Assembly (NCBI RefSeq): GCF_035594765.1
Contig: NC_085846.1
Coordinates: 10,217,190-10,281,189 of the forward strand
From: Anolis carolinensis
Lineage: Eukaryota
Length of the DNA stretch: 64,000 nucleotides
Direction of reading: 5' to 3'
Position numbers and translations under genes: made by a program. This document shows positions 1 to 13,362 of the stretch, one piece after another; positions within the stretch are counted from its first letter, which is position 1; each line of letters begins with the position of its first letter. The notes beneath the pieces were generated by a model. It was not told where the DNA came from and searched no databases. It saw nothing but the letters and a program-made list of their open reading frames with translations.

Positions 1-927
1 TAGTAGAAGAAACGATAGATATTGGGGGAGGGGGAACCAGCATCTTAATAAAACCTATCACCCAATGATATTATTTAAGGGAGGTGGGCCTTTATGGGAC
101 TTCACTGCTTAGATCCCACTAGATTCTACAAAGGCCCATGTATATTATGTATCATACTTGGAAGGAGTTCGATGTGTTACTTATAAAATCCACGGGAACT
201 GAGCTGTGAGGTCTCATAAATATCCATCTCATCCCATGTATAGATGTTGCTATAGTTTGCCCATCCCTAATGTACATGGAACAGATCAAAGATGTAATCT
301 AGGATCTAAGTGACAGATAGGTAACATCCAACTCTATCTTTGATTTCAACAGGCTCCCGAGAGTGTAGGCCAGGAAGTTAGAAGGTGATTTGTTGAACAA
401 TATGGTGGAACGATGAGGTATTATGAGCTTGTTATTGTTGCCCAATCATATAGGCTACTGGAAGGACACATGAATATCTTTTATGCTTCCCAGCGCTATG
501 CTTTTTGCTTTTCTGGTTGGGATATGAACAAAGTTCAGAAAAACAATATTAGTGACCAAAATGGGGAAAAAAATATAATTTTACTTGAAACTTCCTACTT
601 CCTTCCTAAAAACTTCCTTCCTAAAAACTGCATCAGATCATCTGCCTCATTGATATATAATCCCCTAGCGTTTTCCAGAAAGAATAATTTCAGAGAAAAA
701 TTATTTTGTTCACATCAAAAAACCAATCTCTAGCAGTAAAGTTATCCAAGCATAGAAAGAATGGTAGAATGAAAGAAATGGGAATATCTCAACTCACATT
801 CAGGCAATATTTTTTTCCTAGCTTGCTTAGGGAAAGTTAACAAAAAGCAAATTCAGGGTCTGTAGGGATTGAATTCTCCTAGAAATCCTGTTGTTTTAAA
901 CTCTTAATTCTGTGGGTGAAAACTTAC

Positions 928-1219
928 CTGTGAAAACTTATAGGCGCACAGGATATCAGCCATGAAAAGACAGATCTCAGAACTAGGTCCCCCAATGACG
1001 GCTGCTAGGTTGTCTTGGGCGTCACATTTGTAGTTAGGGAAAAAATTGTCCCAGGTAGAAAGGAGTTCCATTGAAGCACGATAGGTAAAGTCAGCAAGGA
1101 AATTACTGTTGTAAATGAAGAATCCCAATGTGATGTTGGGTAAGATAAGGGAATTTTCATTGATCTCCTTAATGGCAAAAATCAAGGCCAGGATGTGTTG
1201 GTAGTTGTGAGAAAACACT
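928..1219 (-). CDS. V2R gene A (partial, continues left of window), coding exon 2
   Basis: 292-bp exon with AG acceptor (1220-21) and GTAAG donor; encodes [35 protein letters not shown], the hallmark V2R exon-2 motifs. Confidence 0.93.
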
Positions 1220-1380
1220 CTGAAATAACAGTAACAGCACATTTCTATTTCAGATTAATACACATTTTCTATTTGCATTGCACTAAAATACATTGAAGAA
1301 TGTCTGACTATAGATACAGAAAAATGGGCTTGAGCCTTCTACAAATATACAGTCAAACAGTGAGGATCAGAAATAATGTG

Positions 1381-1381
1381 T

Positions 1382-1412
<31 letters not shown>

Positions 1413-1414
1413 CC

Positions 1415-1446
<32 letters not shown>

Positions 1447-1455
1447 CATCATCAC
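1381..1455. repeat. (CAT)n microsatellite in intron 1 of gene A
   Basis: Direct inspection; source of the spurious poly-His/poly-Met ORFs. Confidence 0.95.
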
Positions 1456-1949
1456 TATGTCGTGCTTTATCTCTCTAAAAAGGGACCCCAAAGCACTAAA
1501 AACAATGCAATGTACAAATGTGGGATGATATTTATTTCTAGATTTCTTTTTCAAAGGTAGAAATAAAACCTTGAATAACTCATAAAGACTTTCACAGATC
1601 ATTACTAAATTTGTAAATAGTTCTCACATGGCATTTTTTGTGCAGACAACTACATTTTTGTGCAGGAACCTACATTTCGAGTTTCTGTACAGAAAATGCT
1701 ACAACATAATCGTTTTTTGTATAAAGCAATGTCCATATTTGTAAGTCTTACATCAAGTAAGTCCCATATGAAAAACAAGCACTTTTAAAAAACATTTTTC
1801 TATATTTTCTAATATTTTTTCCCTTTTTAATTTAAACCAGTTCCAACATATAACAACTGAATTTTTAACAGATCCCAACCTCACTTATGTCTGAAGTATT
1901 GCATGAAATAATTTGGGGGGCGGGGGCGGGAGGGGAACCAAATTCATAC

Positions 1950-2209
1950 ATCGTATCTCCTTGAGATTTCTCAGCAGGATTTTGTCTAAAGGATATCTCT
2001 TCAGAAGACATAAAAATCTGAGACAGAATGGCACCTCTATGCAGGTCTCCCGAGATGTGATACTTGTGATGAATATGAAGAGATCGACCAATGTCACATG
2101 AACCAGCTGTGCATGCCACCTGAAACAGACTGAACACCAGCAGAATGAAAATGAGTTGGATGGATAGTTTAATTCTGCATAGAAATATTCCACTTGGACA
2201 ATTATTCAT
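1950..2209 (-). CDS. V2R gene A, coding exon 1 (signal peptide and start of Venus flytrap domain)
   Basis: ATG at 2209; hydrophobic signal peptide; 260 bp ending in phase 2 at a GTATGA donor; nearly identical to gene B exon 1. Confidence 0.88.
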
Positions 2210-2832
2210 TGCTTCCCAAATTGTGATCCAGGTCTCCTGTAGTAGTACAGCCTGTTTGAAGTTCCGTTTGTTTCCTGGTTTGAAATCAGTTCTGTACAGT
2301 GTGAAATATACACAGTCAAAGCAATGGAACCGTCTTTTCCTCCATCTACAGCTCCAATGACATTAGCAAGCATATAATTTAGAACAATGCACTCCGATGC
2401 AGGTTCAGTTGTAGATAAATCCCACTGATTGTACAGTGATGTAGTCCTGTGTATAAAAGAGCACAGACTGAACCTTTTCTTCACTAGTATTCCCTGCAGT
2501 TTCCAGGAACGTTAAAGAAGTAAGAGCAAATAGGATAAGAGCAAATAGGATAAACTTGATCATTAAATAGGAGTGCTCTGAGGCATTGCAAAAATATGTT
2601 TATCACAACTCAACAGGTGTCTTCTCAGATCATACCACATTTAACAGTAGCCATATGGGTCACAATTGTGCCTATAAAAACATGTCCAGGAAGCAAAAAA
2701 GCTACCAAGGAAAGAACTAGTCTTCTGGGTATTAACTGGTTGGCCATTATTTTTCGCAAGTTTGAGACTATGGGGTTGATATTTCCAAAAGTAAAAAGAT
2801 CAGCTGGGCACAAAGCCATCAGATAGCTAGAC

Positions 2833-4114
2833 CAGGGGTCCCCAAACCAAGGCCCGGGGGCCGGAAGCGGCCCTCCGAGGTCATTTACCTTGCCCACGTC
2901 CTCAGTTTTATAATATAATATATTCTATATACATATAATATTGATAATAATATTACAATGTAATACAATATAACACTAATAATAATACCATATAATAATA
3001 TTAATTATATATTCTATACTAGCTGTGCCCGGCCACGCGTTGCTGTGGCGAAGTATGGTCGTATGGGAAATAAAGTATTGAGAAATTGGTGGTAGTTAAG
3101 GTAAAGGGTAAAGGTTTTCTCCTGACATTAAGTCCAGTTGTGTCCAACTGCACATTGAAGTGGATTATATGGCAGTCAAGATAATCCAGTTCAAAGCAGA
3201 TAATATAAGATTATGAATGGGTTATATAGCTGTGTGGAAGGGCCTTGAGTCTACACTGCCATATAATCCAGTTCAAATCAGATAATCTGTATTTTATAGG
3301 CAGTGTGAAAGAGGCCTAAGTGAGGCCTAACTATGCCTGTCCCCTGGGCTGAGTGGGTTGCTAGGAGACTAAATGGGCGGAGCTCAGCCTTTGAACTGGC
3401 AGCAATTGGATAAAAACAATTATTCCTCTCCCTCTAATTAGGACTTTATTTTTCTTTTCTTTTTGCTGTATGAACGTAGAGGCATGGATGAGGGGTTGTG
3501 CTGCCAGGTTTATTATTTCTGGGATGTGTAGTTTTGTTGTTTTGTCCTAGGCCGAAATTTCATTACCCTTATATATATATAGATTACATATAATATTACT
3601 AATAATATTACACTATAGTGGTCTAGTTCAATATAGTAATATATAATGCTAATATTGTGCTATGCTAATAATATAATATATTGTATGTACATATAATTTG
3701 TAAGCCACTCTGAGTCCCCTTTGGGGTGAGAAGGGTGTGATACAAATGTAGTAAATAAATGCAGTAAATAATAAATAAATAAATAAATAAATTGGGCTCA
3801 CCCAAAGTCTGAAATGACTTGAAGGCAAACAACAACAACAACAACAACAACCCTAATTAACTTGACTATCTCATTGACCAGAAGCAGGACCACACTTCCC
3901 ATTGAAATCCTGATAAATGTATGTTGGTTAAAATTGTTTTTATTTTTAAATATTGTATTGTTCTTTTGTTGTCGTTGTTGTTTTTGCACTACAAATAAGA
4001 CATATGCAGTGTTTATCGGAATTTGTTTGTATTTTTTTCAAATGATAATCTGGCCCCTCAACAGTCTGAAGGATTGTGGACCGGCCCTCGGCTTAAAAAG
4101 TTTGAGGACCTCTG
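2833..4114. mobile_element. Non-autonomous hAT (Charlie-like) DNA transposon
   Basis: TIRs CAGGGGTCCCCAAAC / GTTTGAGGACCTCTG; perfect 8-bp TSD AGCTAGAC (2825-32, 4115-22); absent at the paralogous site upstream of gene B. Confidence 0.9.
3019..3583 (-). mobile_element. Non-autonomous Helitron nested in the hAT element
   Basis: Minus strand begins TC(TATATA) and ends with hairpin GCCAC-AGCAACGC-GTGGC followed by CTAG; inserted between A and T with no TSD. Confidence 0.8.
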
Positions 4115-5499
4115 AGCTAGACTCTTAGCACCAGGCTGGGTGGTGTCAAGGGAGGAGCATCAGATAGATCTCATTTTCTTCAAGCATCACAGTCAAAAAC
4201 TGTGCCAGATGAAGGTTATAGACATTGTTGACACAAAACCATGAAAATTCCTGGGGATAGGGGCTGTTGAGGATTCCAGATCCCACCATATTCTCATAAC
4301 TTCCTTTTGAGCAATTTACGTACTCAGAACTCCACTGTACAATCAGCATAAACTGGTGTCTTAAACCAGCTGGTGAGCACTGACACCTTGTCCCAAAAGG
4401 ACTGCAGTCCAATTCCCCTGACTGCCTCCTCACTCCAATTCTCCATCAGCTTCTACTCTATCCAAATGATGGTGCTGCATACTCCACAGAGCTTCAGCTA
4501 AGCCATTGTCCCTTCCACATGAAAAGCCTTGAACCAAATGTTATGTTGGAGGCCATGTAATGTAAAACAATGGATTGCTTTCATGACAAAATTAGACTTG
4601 GATGTTAGGATGTTAGGAAATGGAAGGTCTTATTGTCACATCAAAAATGGAATCACTAATATACAGCATTCATGAAGAGTGGTAAGATTCAGTTATGTGA
4701 CGTAAGGACATATGTGGGTGAGTGATGACAGCACATTTCATTTTATTATCCCCAGGAGTAATGAGACCCTCCTAATAATCATTCCTTGATCTTATCATAG
4801 AATCATAGGATAATAGAGTTCGAAGGGACCACATGAGCCACCCAGTCCCCTGCCCTGAAGGAAAAGCACAAAGTATCTCTCCTAAGACTTTTGGTAATCT
4901 GGTCCAGAACCCTATTGGTTCCATACAAGTTAAGTTGGATTTTTTCTAGGATTGCCTAGCAATGGTTCAAAAAGGAAGATATGAAATATAGGCTCTGAGC
5001 AGCCTATTTTTATATAGTTCTTGTTTTTATATTATTGCTGAAGTTTTACTAAGTATACCTTTGGTTGTAGACTTATGCTATGTTTGTGACTTTCTGGCTT
5101 TTCCTGGACTATATTATCTTGGAATATTTGTGATGTCTTGGCCTAGCCTTTTCCCTCCTCTGCTTCCTTTCCTAGTTTAGTTCTCCCTTTGGTGTGGACT
5201 TTCCCATTTGCACTGAGTTTTTAGGGGTGGAGCGTAACCCCCTCCCCCTCCCCCAGAGGCCTGACTCAGTTGGTTTAGCCTTTTTGCCTCAGAGTTTGCC
5301 TGAAAGGCTTTTTGTCAAGCCATTGTCACTCCCTTCCACATGAAAAGCCTTGAACTAAATGTCATGTTGGAGGCAGTGTAATTTAAAACAATGGATTGCT
5401 TCCATGACACAGTTAGACTTGGTTGTTAAGAAATTAAAAACTTTAATTGTACTGTGGCCTTATTGTCACATCAAAAATGGATGACAGAGTTAGCGAACT

Positions 5500-5645
5500 T
5501 CACTGCAGTGCGCTCTATGTGGGGCTGTCTTTGAAGATGGCCCAGAAACCCCAATTAGTACAACGGTCTGCAGCCAGGTTATTAACTGGAGCGAATTATA
5601 GGGAGTGGACAACCCCCCTATTTAAACAGCTCCACTGGCTACCAG
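5500..5645 (+). mobile_element. L2/CR1-type LINE RT fragment (paralogous copy at about 20800-21010)
   Basis: Peptide LYVGL.LKMAQK.QLVQ.SAARLLTG..TPL.KQLHWL, typical of the L2/CR1 ORF2 C-terminus. Confidence 0.7.
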
Positions 5646-5881
5646 TAAGTGTAATGTATTTTCTCAGATAGCTGGAGATACTTAGATTTTACATTTTGTC
5701 AGGGCCTCTATTGTCTCCCTATCCAAACTATTGTTCTGGTCTTAACACATATGCCAGCTGTCACTCATCCTGTAGGAAAATTGTAATTACAAATTGAATA
5801 AATCAAAATTTCTTATGCATTTTTACCATTAAAGACCTTATCTTGTCATAGTTAAATAGCTGAAATTTAACTATCACCACC

Positions 5882-5912
<31 letters not shown>

Positions 5913-5918
5913 GATACA

Positions 5919-6054
5919 GCAGTGGTTCTCAACCTTTGGGTCCCCAGGTGTTTTGGCCTTCATTGCCCAGAAATCCCAGCAAGTTTACCAGCTGTTAGGA
6001 TTTCGGGGAGTTGAAGGCCAAAACATCTGGGGACCCATAGGTTGAGAATGACTG
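5919..6054. mobile_element. Short hAT-type MITE
   Basis: TIRs CAGTGGTTCTCAACC / GGTTGAGAATGACTG with palindromic interior; related copy at about 24224-24355. Confidence 0.7.
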
Positions 6055-7845
6055 ATCTACAGCAGTGGGTGAGTGATGACAGCACATTTCATTTTTTATC
6101 CCAAGGAGTAAAGACACCCCACTCCCCAATAATCATTCCTTGATCTTATCATAGAATCATAGAATAATAGAGTTGGAAGAGACCACATGGGCCACCCAGT
6201 CCCCCTGTTATGCAGGAAAAGCACAAAGTATCTCTCCTAAGACATTTGGTAATCTGGTCCAGAACCCTATTGGTACCATACAAATTAAGTTGCATTTTTC
6301 TAGGATTGCCTAGCAATTGTGTAAAAAGGAAGATATGAAATATAGGATCTGAGAAGCCTGTTTTTCTATTGTTCTTGTTTTTATATTCCTGCTCAAATTT
6401 TACTAAGTAGCCCTTTGCTTGTGGACTTATGCTGTTTGTGACTTTCTGGCTTTTCCTGGACTATATTACCTTGGGATTTTCATGAGACATTTGGATTACT
6501 GCTGGGTTATCATCTATTGCTAACCCCTCTTTTTTGGATTATACATCTTTCCTTAGTCCTGTTTTTTCATATGTTGTATGTGTTTTTACAATAAACTGTT
6601 TGCTTATACTGTGGATTCTTGTGTGGTGCTGTGGTTATAGGGATTTCTAGGCCTGAGGTGCAACAGTTACCCCTTGATGCTGGTGTTATCCCATTGCAGA
6701 TAGGAAGTTTTCAAGGAGAGTCCGCCTCAATGTTTTACTGGGGATGAGGTGGGGCAATCACAATTCTTGCTGGTCACACGGGCACCCTATCTTGACACTG
6801 GCAGAATTATCTTAGGCCAGGATGAAGGAGGGAGAGTGTCCCTGCCAAGATCAGAATGGGGCACCCAAACAATCAGGTCATGCTGATGTCAGCAGAAGGG
6901 CCCATGATGGCAAGGGGCTCTGATGCAACTATTGTATCTAGTTAGTGGCACTGGCAGTATCTGGCCTTGATAGACCCCTTTCCCTGCAATGTTGAGTGGA
7001 AGAAAAAGGTGATGCCATCAGATGTCCAATTGGGAAGTGCATCAGGTTGAATTCCTAGATGCAGATTCCATCTAAATGTAGCTGACCAGACTGCTCCAAA
7101 ACCTCAGGATGCTCCAGAATTTTTGAACTGGGGCACAGACAGTTCAACACAAACCAAACCTAACAAAAAACCAGGATATTCGCCAGAAATAGGCATACAT
7201 TTGAGATGAGAGCTGCATTTTAGCTGGTGTAGGAAAGCCCTAATATGGGCGGGGGGGGGGGGGGGGCTGACTAGAATTTTGAACAGTCACAAACCATTTT
7301 AATGGAGGTTTTCTAAAAACTAAAAACTAAAAGGAGATGTCTATAATTATCAAGTAGATAACAGACCAGCTAATGTATTCAATGAAAGCAGAAAGCTGTG
7401 TGAATATGCATTTCTGTATCCAACCGATTCATGTCAATTCAAAAATAAGCCTTAGCTCTATTTAGTTCCTCTGATGACTTTTATTTTCGGCTTTGGTTGC
7501 AACTTGCAGTAAGACATTTACAGAAAGGAAAGCTTCAGGAGAAATTCAATAGAAATTTAATAAAGCATAATCTTAAGCATATAAAAGAAATAATCATGAT
7601 ATATTTCTGATAGTGGAATATACTATACATTTTCATAATTCTAAATCTAATATTGTTCTTACATATTCCAATTCTTCAATACAAACTAAGACTGGGACCC
7701 ATCCTTCTGATGAAATTATGAGGATAAAATATAGATCATTCCTTTGTACCAGAATATCATCTATCACCAGGACATTTTATTAACGTTAGGAACCAAATTC
7801 CAAATAAAAGACAAAGAATGATAAATTTATAAACAGAAACTTTCT

Positions 7846-8747
7846 TTAATGCTTTCTTTTCATTACTTGCTCCTTTGTATTCATATCAGGCCTCAGAATA
7901 ATGATGTAGCATTTGGGGAAAAATATAAAACCAAGTAATCCGGCACTGGAAGCTAAGATGGAGAAGATCTCCACGGCCACCATGTATTTCCCCTTGGAGC
8001 TCAAGTATGTTGGCACAAAGGAAATCCACACACTGCAGAAGACCAACATGCTGAAGGTGATGAACTTGGCTTCATTGAAACTGTCAGGCAACTTCCTGGC
8101 AAAGAAAGCTGATGTGAAACTGCAAATGGACAGGAAACCCATAAAACCCAGGAGGCAATAAAACATGGTGATTGACCCTTCATTACACTTCAGAATGACT
8201 TCTTCAGCCATTGAGTTCACATCAAGATCAGGAAATGGTGGAAAGGTAGACAGCCACACTGTACAAATGGTGGTTTGAATGAGCAAGCTGGAAAGAACAA
8301 TGGACGTGGCCATTCTTTTCCCCAACCATTTCCTCAACTTGGATTCAGGCTTGGTGGCTTGGAAAGCAAGAATCACAGTGATAGTTTTGGCCAAGACTGA
8401 AGAAATGGCCACGGAGAAGATGATGCCAAAAGCTGTCTGACGAAAGAGACAGGTCATCTTCTGTGGCTTTCCAATGAACAGCAGAGCACAAAGGAAGGAG
8501 AGCAGGAGGGAGAGGAGGAGGGTGTAGGTGAGGGTCCGATTATTGGCCTTGACAATGGGAGTGTCCCGGTGTTTGAGGAAGATCCCAAGCACCACAGAAG
8601 TTACACAAAAAAGGAAAAGAGCAGAACTGGCCAAACTTGTTCCCAGAGCTTCTTCAAAAGTGAGGAAAGTTAGAGATTTGGGGATGCAGAAATCCCTCTT
8701 CTTATTTGGGTAATGATCTTCTGGACACTGAAAGCAGTTATCCACAT
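7846..8747 (-). CDS. V2R gene B, coding exon 6 (end of cysteine-rich domain and 7TM domain)
   Basis: 902-bp exon after a CCTTAG acceptor; [40 protein letters not shown] class C/V2R motifs; TAA stop. Confidence 0.97.
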
Positions 8748-9041
8748 CTAAGGAAAAGGAAACATTGACATACTCTAAAAGTCAGTTGATATAGTCAAAA
8801 CATCATTTGAAAGCCTATAGTAAAGCCTATCCACATCCCATGTCCTGGATATTTTTAATTATTAAAATTTTATAATGCATTCTTTGATAGATAATTGCCT
8901 CAAACTATACCATTGAAGAAGATAAAAGTGAACTCCTCTGGATAATTCACTATAGGAATATTCTATTCCTATAGAATACATTATTTCAGTAATGTTGGAG
9001 GGAATATTGACTAGAAATAGACTAGCAGCAGCAACAGCAGC

Positions 9042-9089
<48 letters not shown>

Positions 9090-10217
9090 CCCTGTAGGTG
9101 CCACCTTGTCGTGGTGGTGGTGGTGGGGCTTAACTGCTCCAATGATGCTGAGAGCTGTGCTGGCGGTAGTGTAACTACCAGCAGGTCCAACCAAGCCAGA
9201 GAGGTCCCAGCTGAGGAGCAGAACTAAGAGCACCTAACCCATTAGCATTATGGAGAATCAAACCAAAACGAAGTCTATACTGGCTTGGTCGTCACCCAGG
9301 ATAAAAAGGACCGCGGTGGATGCTGCTGATTCTGGACATCCATCGACAGGTGGGCTACAGAATCAAAATACAAATGAACAGTCACAGAAGTGGCAGAAAT
9401 ATACAATGCCAGAAAACCGCACAGTTATGAAATGCTATTACAAATCTGAACCTCAAAAGCATGGCTAACAAAAAAGGATGCATCAACTGGAAACAAGAGT
9501 ACCCTGACTCACAGATAACAGAATCCCGACTGGCTGATGACCCAAAAAATCAGCTGATTACCCAAAATGCAGACTGTGCAAGGAAACCGACGAAACCATT
9601 GTTCATATCCTCAGCTGCTGTAAGAAAATCGCACAGACAGACTACAAACAGAGGCACAACTATGTGACCCAAATGATTCATTGGAACTTATGCCTCAAGT
9701 ACTACCTGCCAGCAGTAAAGAACTGGTGGGATCACAAACCTGCAAAAGTATTGGAAAATGAGCATGCAAAGATACTGTGGGACTTCCGAATCCAGACTGA
9801 CAAAGTTCTGGAACACAACACACCAGACACCACAGTTGTGGAAAAGAAAAATGTTTGGATCATTGATGTCGCCATCCAGGTGACAGTCGCATTGACGAAA
9901 AACAATAAAAAAAACTCAGCCACTATCAGGACCTCAAGATTGAACTTCAAAGACTCTGGCAGAAACCAGTACAGGTGGTCCCGGTGGTCATCGGCACATT
10001 GGGTGCCATGCCAAAAGATCTCAGCCGGCATTTGGAAACAATAGGCATTGACAAAATTACTGTCAATTGCAAAAGGCCACCCTACTGGGATCTGCGCGCA
10101 TCATCTGAAAATACATCACACAGTCCTAGACACTTGGGAAGCGTTCGACTTGTGATTTTGTGATACAAAATCCAGCATATCTATCTTGTTTGCTGTGTCA
10201 TACAATGTTGTTGTGTC
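9090..10217 (+). mobile_element. Internally deleted R4/Dong-clade non-LTR retrotransposon (restriction-like endonuclease region)
   Basis: IHWNLC..WWDHKP.KVLENE..KILWDFRIQTD..PD..IIDVAI peptide; flanked on both sides by (AAT)n tracts (9043-9089, 10218-10257), the known Dong target. Confidence 0.82.
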
Positions 10218-10257
<40 letters not shown>

Positions 10258-10498
10258 TTTATAGACAGCCCTATCTTCCCAAACGGATTCCAACATGTAT
10301 ATGTCATGCAACAACCTGAGGTTAAGTCCTGTCTCTAGACAAGGTTTAACATGTCTAGGCGAGAGTATAAGTTGGTCATTTTAGTCTCTTCCTCTCCATA
10401 CGCCACAATAAGTAAGTAGGTTCTAGGAGTTTATTTAAAGCAAGAAGAGAGGGAGCAGTTTTTTATTCTTTTGGGGAGGGAGTTCCAGAGGTGGTGAT

Positions 10499-10786
10499 CA
10501 GAGCCGAATTAATGAGGCGAATTAAGCGGTCGCTTCGGGCGCAAAACATATGGGGGTGCAGTCGAGACTGCTTTTTCTCTTGATTTGTTGTAAAACATGA
10601 TGTTTTGGTGCTTAATTTGTAAAATCTTAATGTAATTTGATGTTTAATAGGCTTTTTCTTAATCCCTGCTTATTATCCAACATTTTCGCTTATCCAATAC
10701 TTTTATTTTTCAGTGATTGTTTTGAGGGGGGGGGGGCGCCAAAATTCTGTTCGCCTACACTTGAAAAATACCTAGGGCTGGCTCTG
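10499..10786. mobile_element. hAT MITE
   Basis: Termini CAGAGCC / GGCTCTG; 8-bp TSD GTGGTGAT/GTGGTGAG; body shared with the element at 56672-57004. Confidence 0.8.
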
Positions 10787-11374
10787 GTGGTGAGTGACCA
10801 CGAAGAAGGCCCTATTTCAACCGTGCTTGAGATTGGGGTGGGACCGAGAGCAGGGCCTCCTCTGCAGATCGCAAGACTTGAGCCAGTTTAGCTCCCGTGA
10901 GTCTAAACCTGACCAGGTAGTGATTGGTCCATGACAAAGGAACTGTGGCCAGCTCCTTAACAAAACCATCACCATCATCCTGCCCCGAACAGAAGGAAGA
11001 ACGGAATTATATATGAATGTCTCCAACCTAAGGAACAGGAAGTCACAAAATTGAGAGTGGTTGGAGGAGGGGACAGTATAACTAAATATGAATATTTTAT
11101 AGATATTAGGAAATATTGTATTGGTCCACGCCGATATATATATGTTTCACCGTTTTTTTTATGAATATGTAAATTGAAAATAAAAAATCATATTAATACA
11201 AAAAACTAAAATAACAACTGTTGTCTTGAAAAAGGGCTTTTTGTTATACAAGTAGAGCATGAAGGAAAGTTATAGAAAACACATTCCATGTGAAATAAGA
11301 AGATGGAAAGTGAGGGAGGGAGGGAGGGAGGGAAGGAAGAAGAAAAGAAGGAAAGAAGGATGGGCCACTCTTAC

Positions 11375-11501
11375 CCTTCTGGGCAGAAATCTTCCCTTCT
11401 GGACATGGAATACAATCATAGCAGCAAAATGGCTTCCCTTCCTTCTTTTTTTTACTATAACCTGGATAACAATGGTCATTACACAAAGAAAGAGGTTGTG
11501 C
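11375..11501 (-). CDS. V2R gene B, coding exon 5 (nine-cysteine domain)
   Basis: 127 bp, AG/GT boundaries; [33 protein letters not shown]. Confidence 0.95.
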
Positions 11502-12371
11502 CTATCGACAAATAAAGGGAAATATTTCATGGTGATGACCCTCAACTCTCTTTTCCACTCTAATATGGAATCTGTTTGAGTCTTAAATTTTGTCTAGCAT
11601 CTGTAATGGACTAATGCGGGCAAAGAAATTGAGTGTGAGTTCTGACAAGACAGAGGTGCTCACGGTCAGTTGAAAGGCAAATAAACGAATCAGGATAGTT
11701 GTGGTAGTTGAGGTTACACTGGAAGTACACAGGTACACAACCTGTGTGGCCTCAGCCTTGAATATAGCAGGGCAGGAAAGATGGTCACTAATATCAAAAT
11801 TTCCCAGGGTTCTGCGGATTCCAGGTGTGCTCTGGAACACTGAAAGGCTATGAGCCCAACTCCACCCAATGCTGAAGAAGCCTGATCTATCCGCAGTTAT
11901 ACATTCCTTGATGACATCTGATTTGGATTATTATATCACACTCCATGAGGGTTAACTTTAAAGAGTGTTCAGAAATTTGACCCGGGACAAAGAATAACTC
12001 CACAAAGTCTGTGATCTCCCCAATTCAAAGTGTTGGTTGTGACATAGAAAGGCTTACACAAAATAGATCTAGATTACCGGAAAAACCGGACTGTCTGGAT
12101 CCGGATATTTGCAAATAAACCTATCAATTTTGGTCCCACCATCTGAACAAATATGCTTGGTAGAAACAGGAGAGAAGATCTTTTCAGTGGAGAAGAAAGA
12201 ATGAAAGAAGGATTTCCAGCTCATGAAGAATATTCTCTGGTTTGAATGTTTCCTGACAGTTTTCCTATCCAGATGATATGCTTATGATATGAGAATCTGA
12301 CAGTGAGATACTGCATATACATTTTGGGGAGAGTGGAAATCATCACATGATGGAATGTATTCACATCCTAC

Positions 12372-12599
12372 CTGATTGAACCAGCTGGGCCATACCATGG
12401 CATCCTCATGAACAGTGAACTCAACGCTTGGTAGAGACTGTGGATCTATCCTTCCCACTTTCACTCGACTAAAGGTCTCATTGGGGAATGTGACCCAGTT
12501 GACGATATCAAACCCAGCTACTAATTCCCCATTTTTATTAAAGGAAATCTGTTCACCAACCGTGTTGTTAAATATAACATATTTTAGGAAGTGATGAAG
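12372..12599 (-). CDS. V2R gene B, coding exon 4
   Basis: 228 bp, open; LHHFLKYVIFNNTVGEQISF..FDIVNWVTFPN..VKVG..WFNQ; AG acceptor and GTAGG donor. Confidence 0.95.
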
Positions 12600-12869
12600 C
12601 TAAATTGAGGGGAGAAAATGCAGTTACAAATGATGCTCACTATCCAAATAAATAACATGAAATAGTAATGGCTTGCATTTGACATCTACTTTTAAGGGAA
12701 CCTATGTGTTCTTATAGAAGGTATATGTTTGTTTATTGGTGATACTACTGAGCTATTTTATATAAAGCTAGGAAATGTCTAGCACACTGAGCAGTGCACA
12801 CACACCTTCCAGTATAGACTGCATTAACCAGGATAGAGATTCCACCTGATCTTGAATGCTCAACAGGGT

Positions 12870-13362
12870 CAGCCCTGGATAGTGCTTGGATAGTGCATCT
12901 GCATATGGTTTGGTAACTGCACAGTGGCTGATAGGACGGTGCTCCAAAGGGTCACCACTACTGCAAAGAAAATCATTGGTTGCCCTCTCCCCTCTTTGGA
13001 AGAACTTTATAGGTCCCATAGTCTTAAGAAAGCTCAGGGCATTTTTGGGAATCCATCTCACCCAGCATATTCTTTTTTTGAATTGTTGCCATCTGCAGAT
13101 GCAAACAGTATAGGGTCACAAAGTCAAGGAGAAATAGACAGAGAGACAGCTTCTATCTTAGAGCTGTGGCTATGTTGATCTCCATGATTTCACTTTGATG
13201 TGGCATTGGGCGCGGTGCGGTGGCCGTGGGGACGTGGAGGGATGGGTGTGTTGTTTTGTGGTGTGTGTTGGGGAAGGCATCTAATTTTGTTGTGCAATAG
13301 TACAATGACAATACAGCTATTCTATTCTATTCTATTCTATTCTATTCTATTCTATTCTATTC
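12870..13362 (+). mobile_element. Rex1/Babar-like LINE 3' fragment with (ATTCT)n tail
   Basis: Peptide WFGNCT..DRTVLQRV...AKKIIGCPLPSLEELY...SHPAYSFFELLPS; pentanucleotide tail at 13316-13362. Confidence 0.7.

Larger units (their letters stand above)
4490..6480 (+). repeat. Local tandem duplication upstream of gene A (about 4500-4650 vs 5318-5480; 4717-5125 vs 6067-6477)
   Basis: Long near-identical blocks, e.g. GGGTGAGTGATGACAGCACATTTCATT..CTGGACTATATTA present twice. Confidence 0.8.

Noticed and set aside
1300-1602. Poly-His and poly-Met ORFs
   Set aside because: Translations of an intronic (CAT)n microsatellite
8862-9233. Poly-Ile ORFs (similar low-complexity ORFs at 10116, 16540, 25356 and 56363)
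   Set aside because: Products of (AAT)n or (AAC)n microsatellites
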